Made by a program: the position numbers and the translations under genes
Part shown: positions 59,219 through 64,000 of the stretch, in pieces
How the letters are laid out: every line of letters starts with the position of its first letter
Position numbering within the stretch: position 1 is the stretch's first letter
Notes under the pieces: generated by a model
The model's database searches: none
Seen by the model: only the letters and a program-made list of their open reading frames with translations
Told to the model about the DNA's origin: nothing
DNA from: an uncultured Collinsella sp.
Lineage (GTDB): Bacteria; Actinomycetota; Coriobacteriia; Coriobacteriales; Coriobacteriaceae
NCBI GenBank assembly: GCA_902470895.1
Contig: CABRID010000001.1
Span: 1,141 to 65,140, forward strand
Direction: 5' to 3'
DNA: 64,000 nt

Positions 59219-59299
59219 GCGGGATCGTTTAGCGATGCAGCTGCCGACTGGGCAGGCTGAGCTGGTATCCTTATGCGGTAATGTCTCGATTCGTTAGGA

Positions 59300-62110
59300 T
59301 TGCATGTGAGAGCTTCCGCTGTCCTTCGTTCAGTAATATATCGCACCCTGGCCGTCGCGCTTGCCGCGCTTGCCGTGCTGAATTCCATCGCGCCTGTCCA
59401 GGCTTTTGCCGATGACTCTAGTCAGCAGGTCAAAACGGTCCGCGTTGGTTGGCTCGTCAACAACGAGGGCTTCCAGGACGGCACCCCCGGCGAGCGTCTC
59501 TCGGGATGGGGTTACGAGTACCTCCAGACCCTCTCGTACTACACACCCGGCTGGCAGTACGAATACGTCTCCGGCACCTTCACCGAGCTTATGGAGAAGC
59601 TCGAAGCCGGCGAGATTGACCTCATGCCAAACATCTCCTACTCCGAAGAACGCGCCCAAAAACTGCTCTTCTCATCGAACCCCGAGGGCACCGAGCGCTA
59701 CTACATCTATGCCAGGCCCGAGCGCGACGATCTGGCCAAGGGTGACCCCCGAGCGCTCCAAGGCCTTACCATCGGCTGCAACCCCGGCGTTATGCAAACC
59801 TTCGTTGGCCAGCAATGGCTCGCCAACGAAGGAATCGCCTGCACATACAAGGAGTATGACGGAAACTCCGTTCTCTTTGATGCGCTGGCAAACGGCGAGG
59901 TCGATGCCGTCATCATGAACGACACGACCTCGTCGCCCAGTGCCTCCCCCATGTTCTACATTGGGTCGAGCGACTACTATTTTGCCGTCCCCAAAAGCCG
60001 CCCCGACCTGATGGACGACATCAATGCCGCCATGACAGCAATCGCCCGCGTCAACCCACGCTATAACGACGAAGTCAAATCTCACTACTCGGCCCAAAAC
60101 AGCGGTTCATCATCGCTCAACGGCCCCGAATGTTCCTGGCTCAAAGCAAACAACAACACCATCACGCTCGGCTACATTACGGGCAAACTCCCCTACTGCA
60201 ACGAAGACGAAGACGGCAAAATGGAAGGCTCGCTCGCATCGCTTGCGACGACGTTGCACGATAAATTTGGCATTACGGTCGAAACCGTCGCCTTTGATAG
60301 CTACAAGATGATGTCAAAGGCCCTGTCAAAGGGAAGCATAGACGTCGCGCTGCCGGTATACCGAGATTACTGGTTTGCCGAGCAATCCGGCGTTGTGCAG
60401 TCGGTATCGTTGGGGACCATATCCCTCACCGCCATCCACAGCGGAAGCAACCTGAACAAAGATCTTCAGAACATCGCCTGTACCAAATCATCGTTTATCA
60501 ACCGAAACGTACTTGAAAGTCTGTTCCCCACAGCGACCGTGACCGAATACCGATCCGACGATGAAGCGTTCGACGCCCTCAGGAGGGGAACGGCGCGCTG
60601 CGTCGTCGCTCCCAGTTCACGCGTAAAAACCCTCGGCGATCGTTATGATCTCGAGGACTGCGAGACGGTCGAGCTCCCTGACACCTGCGAGCTCTCGTGC
60701 TGGATTTCGCGCGGAAAGCCCGAGCTGCTGGGAATCATCAACAAGGGCATCATCAATGCCGGAGAATCGCTCTCCGCAAGCAATTACTCCTCTACGTCGT
60801 ACACGGCCCAGGAATCCAACACGCTTCAATTCCTTTATCGCAACCGCACCGCCGTTGCCTCCACCCTCATCGGTATGTTGTCGGTCAGCATCGTCCTGCT
60901 CATCTGGGCGCTCGTGCGCGCTCGAACCGAGCGCGAAAAAGCCGACGCCGCCAACGCCGCTAAGACGGCATTCCTCACGCGCATGAGCCACGACATCCGT
61001 ACGCCGCTCAACGGCATCCTGGGCCTTATCGATATCGAGGAATTGAAGGAAGGCGATATCCAGGTCGCCCGCGAAAGCCGCGCCAAGGCTCGTGTTGCCG
61101 CCAATCACCTGCTCTCGCTGATTAACGACATCCTCGAGATGGGCAAAATCGAAGACCGCAAGATAACACTGGAACATGCGCCTTTTAACCTCAAAGAGCC
61201 CTGTGACGATACGCTGGTTCTGTGCAAGCTCCGCGCATCCGATAACGGCATCACCATGCAGGACAATAGTCTGCCATACACCACGGGGCCATACATGGTC
61301 GGCAGTCCCACCCATATCCGACAGATCATGATCAACCTGTTAGACAACAGCATTAAGTACAACAAGCACGGCGGCTCCGTCACCTTTAGCTCAAAGACCA
61401 AGCCACTCGATAACGGGCGCGCGCTCTTTTGCTTTAGCGTTTCGGATACCGGCATTGGCATGACTTCCAAGTTTTTAAAGCATATCTATGAGCCGTTTGC
61501 CCAAGAAGGTAACGATGCGCGTAGCAAGTTCCAAGGAACCGGCATGGGCATGCCAATCGTCAAGTCGCTTATTGAACTGATGGGCGGCACCATCGAAGTC
61601 ACCAGCGAGCTCCATGCGGGCACCTCGTTCTACGTGGAGATTCCGCTCGATATCGACAAGAACCCCCAGGCGCGGGCGAATACGGTCGAGGGGGCGCTCG
61701 ACTGCTCGCTCGCCGACATGAACGTACTGCTCGCCGAAGACAACGAATTGAATGCCGAGATTGCCCAGGCGCTGCTAGAATCCGAGGGCGTCGTGGTCAC
61801 CCGCGCCGCCAACGGCAACGAAGTCGTCGATCTGTACCTATCGCATCCCGCCGGCAGCTTCGATGCGATCCTGATGGACATTATGATGCCGGACATGGAC
61901 GGTTACGAGGCAACCCGCGCGATTCGCCTGAGCGAGAAGGTCGATGCAGCCGATATCCCCATCATCGCGCTCACCGCCAATGCCTTTGCCGAGGACGCCA
62001 AGGCGGCACACGACGCCGGCATGAACGCCCATCTATCCAAACCGCTCGACTTTAACAAGCTCAAAAACATACTCGCCCGCATCAAGAAAAACGGATCCGT
62101 TTCGCTATAG
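59300..62110 (+). CDS. Hybrid sensor kinase: two periplasmic-binding-type domains, HisKA, HATPase, REC
   Basis: SHDIRTPLN, NLLDNSIKY, DTGIG, GTGMG, AEDN, MDIMMP, KP; start uncertain. Confidence 0.92.
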   Translation: MHVRASAVLRSVIYRTLAVALAALAVLNSIAPVQAFADDSSQQVKTVRVGWLVNNEGFQDGTPGERLSGWGYEYLQTLSYYTPGWQYEYVSGTFTELMEKLEAGEIDLMPNISYSEERAQKLLFSSNPEGTERYYIYARPERDDLAKGDPRALQGLTIGCNPGVMQTFVGQQWLANEGIACTYKEYDGNSVLFDALANGEVDAVIMNDTTSSPSASPMFYIGSSDYYFAVPKSRPDLMDDINAAMTAIARVNPRYNDEVKSHYSAQNSGSSSLNGPECSWLKANNNTITLGYITGKLPYCNEDEDGKMEGSLASLATTLHDKFGITVETVAFDSYKMMSKALSKGSIDVALPVYRDYWFAEQSGVVQSVSLGTISLTAIHSGSNLNKDLQNIACTKSSFINRNVLESLFPTATVTEYRSDDEAFDALRRGTARCVVAPSSRVKTLGDRYDLEDCETVELPDTCELSCWISRGKPELLGIINKGIINAGESLSASNYSSTSYTAQESNTLQFLYRNRTAVASTLIGMLSVSIVLLIWALVRARTEREKADAANAAKTAFLTRMSHDIRTPLNGILGLIDIEELKEGDIQVARESRAKARVAANHLLSLINDILEMGKIEDRKITLEHAPFNLKEPCDDTLVLCKLRASDNGITMQDNSLPYTTGPYMVGSPTHIRQIMINLLDNSIKYNKHGGSVTFSSKTKPLDNGRALFCFSVSDTGIGMTSKFLKHIYEPFAQEGNDARSKFQGTGMGMPIVKSLIELMGGTIEVTSELHAGTSFYVEIPLDIDKNPQARANTVEGALDCSLADMNVLLAEDNELNAEIAQALLESEGVVVTRAANGNEVVDLYLSHPAGSFDAILMDIMMPDMDGYEATRAIRLSEKVDAADIPIIALTANAFAEDAKAAHDAGMNAHLSKPLDFNKLKNILARIKKNGSVSL

Positions 62111-62152
62111 TTTGTGCTCAACCACCACGCACGACCAGAAAGGAAGCCAACG

Positions 62153-62632
62153 ATGTTTAGGCCCTTACGTCGAAAGAAACGCGCTATCACCGACGAGGAA
62201 GCGCGCAAACTGCTCGCCACCTGCAAGCGCGGCGTCTTTGCCGTCAACGGCGACGATGGCTACCCGTACGCCATTCCCGTCAACTACTTCTTCGACGCCG
62301 AGCACGACAAGATTTATTTCCATGGCGCCAAGGCTGGCCACAAGGTCGACGCACTCAAGCGCGATGACAAGGTCTGCTTTACCGTTTACGGCAACGAGTG
62401 GTACAAGGACGGTGACTGGGCTCCCTACGTTATGAGTACCGTGGTCTTTGGCCGCTGTCGCCTGGCGAATGACACCCCCGCGTTTATCGAGGATAAAGTC
62501 CGCCAGCTCGCGCTTAAGTACTACCCTTCTGCCGAGGAAGTCGAAGAGGAAATCGCCAAGGACATTAAGGGCGTCCAGCTCTACGAGATTACGATTGAGC
62601 ATCTTTGCGGCAAGCAGATTCACGAAAAGTAA
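62153..62632 (+). CDS. Pyridoxamine 5'-phosphate oxidase-like / NimA family protein
   Basis: MFRPLRR, GYPYAIPVNY, IYFHGA..GHK, VCFTV. Confidence 0.85.
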   Translation: MFRPLRRKKRAITDEEARKLLATCKRGVFAVNGDDGYPYAIPVNYFFDAEHDKIYFHGAKAGHKVDALKRDDKVCFTVYGNEWYKDGDWAPYVMSTVVFGRCRLANDTPAFIEDKVRQLALKYYPSAEEVEEEIAKDIKGVQLYEITIEHLCGKQIHEK

Positions 62633-62659
62633 GCCCCTCAGCAAGCCTCATCAATAGCA

Positions 62660-62699
62660 ATATGGCCCGGTTCCAACCCACCTTGGAACCGGGCCATAT
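62660..62699. terminator. Bidirectional terminator hairpin
   Basis: atatggcccggttccaa / ttggaaccgggccatat between convergent genes. Confidence 0.75.
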
Positions 62700-62701
62700 G
62701 C

Positions 62702-64000
62702 TTATGAAGCGTCGGCGGCTATGTGCGCAAGCGCCTCAACGAGCTCCTGCGAACTCACGGGTTTACTCAGGTGCGCGTTCATGCCCGCCTCACGCGAAAG
62801 CCTGCGATCGTCGGCAAAGGCGTTGGCGCTCACGGCGATAATCGGCGTGGTCGCGGCATCCTCGCGATCGAGCGCTCGAATCCGACGCGTGGCCTCAAGG
62901 CCATCGATACCGGGCATCATGATATCCATCAACACCACGTCGTACTCGTGCGGCGCGCTCGCGGCAAACATCTCGACGGCAGACTCACCATCCTTAGCAT
63001 GCGTCACGACGGCACCGGCGCGGGCGAGCGTAAACTGTGCGATCTCGGCATTCAGGTCGTTATCCTCTACGAGCAAAACGCGCAAGCCCTGGAGCGCATC
63101 GCCGTCGCCCGCATTCACGCGCACTGCCTGAGGAATCTCGGAGCACTTGCACTTCTCAAACGGCAGACGGATGGTAAACGTCGTCCCCTGCCCCAAGATG
63201 CTCGAAAAGCTCATGGTTCCGCCCATAAGCTCGACCAACTGTTTGGCAATAGGCGCACCCAGGCCAGTTCCCGATGAAGCGCCTTCCACCTGCTGCTCCT
63301 CGCGACAAAACGGCTCGTAGAGGTGCTGTTGAAACTCCTCACTCATGCCAATACCGTTATCGGCAATCGTGTATTCATAGACGAGGACGCCATCCACCGG
63401 CTCCACCTCACGGCACGTCGGGCGAACATAACCGCCCCGACGGTTGTACTTGACGGCATTGCCGGCAATATTGAGCAACAAGCGCTTGAGGTGCGTCACG
63501 CTCACCCGCGCATAGGGATGATTAAGCGTCTGCTGGTCGCAGATAATTGTCACCAGGCGCTCCTCGGCCTGGCGCTCCAGAATATCGCGCACCTCGTGGT
63601 TGAGGGTCACCAAATTTGTGGGAACAAGCTCCAGATCGACCTGGCCGCTCTCCAGGCGACTCATATCGAGCGCCTCATTCGCAAGGTCGAGCAGCAGTCC
63701 CGATGCCGTCCAGATCTTTGAGCGGCACTCGGCCTGCTTTTGCAGATCGTCCGCATTGGCATCGCCGACCTCAACCATACCGCGAATGCCGTTGATGGGC
63801 GTACGCAGATCGTGGCTCATGCGACGCAGAAACTCCGTCTTTGCCGAGTTGGCAGACGAGGCCTCACGCGCCGCCTTTGCCAGCTTGTCGCCATAGTCGC
63901 GCTCCTGCTGCAGCAAGTCCGTCAAACGTCGACGATCAGCGCGGCGACGCACCATCACAACAGTGGCTACAACACCGCTGTAGAGCACCAGCACGCCGGC
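62702..64000 (-). CDS. Hybrid sensor kinase/response regulator, C-terminal part (5' end outside window)
   Basis: SHDLRTPIN, NAVKY, DNGIG, GTGLG, REC with MDIMMP. Confidence 0.92.
   Translation of the reverse strand, partial: AGVLVLYSGVVATVVMVRRRADRRRLTDLLQQERDYGDKLAKAAREASSANSAKTEFLRRMSHDLRTPINGIRGMVEVGDANADDLQKQAECRSKIWTASGLLLDLANEALDMSRLESGQVDLELVPTNLVTLNHEVRDILERQAEERLVTIICDQQTLNHPYARVSVTHLKRLLLNIAGNAVKYNRRGGYVRPTCREVEPVDGVLVYEYTIADNGIGMSEEFQQHLYEPFCREEQQVEGASSGTGLGAPIAKQLVELMGGTMSFSSILGQGTTFTIRLPFEKCKCSEIPQAVRVNAGDGDALQGLRVLLVEDNDLNAEIAQFTLARAGAVVTHAKDGESAVEMFAASAPHEYDVVLMDIMMPGIDGLEATRRIRALDREDAATTPIIAVSANAFADDRRLSREAGMNAHLSKPVSSQELVEALAHIAADAS

Noticed and set aside
61190..63430. Possible Leu-to-Pro lesions in both hybrid kinases (NLKEPCD, YVRPTC)
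   Set aside because: Cannot be judged without alignments; frames and catalytic motifs are intact.

Overview
GC-rich bacterial chromosomal window. Gene content and protein style point to a gut Coriobacteriia species, most like Collinsella (inference). It holds about 50 CDSs: pdxR-pdxST, a TPP-riboswitch thiM-MTH1187-thiE operon, MetE-type methionine synthase with a LysR, bsh, kup, ung, prfC, trmL, rsmJ, rlmA, a UvrA-like and a TetM/EF-G-like protein, many transporters and regulators, and two hybrid histidine kinases. No rRNA, tRNA, cas, integrase or transposase genes were seen. Most notable: (1) an intergenic array at 53180-53475 of eight 15-bp motifs in alternating orientation with near-exact 40-bp phasing; (2) a preQ1-I-like leader ahead of a VUT/YhhQ transporter plus an unexplained SDR; (3) an accessory LysR/PTS/two ceramidase-like/amidohydrolase catabolic cluster; (4) a MarR-like protein with an acidic head and RGG tail; (5) a dispersed family of GTCCC-loop REP-like hairpins; (6) several deletion scars (kup, an EAL remnant, a methyltransferase remnant). 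All calls rest on reading motifs by eye; no searches were run.
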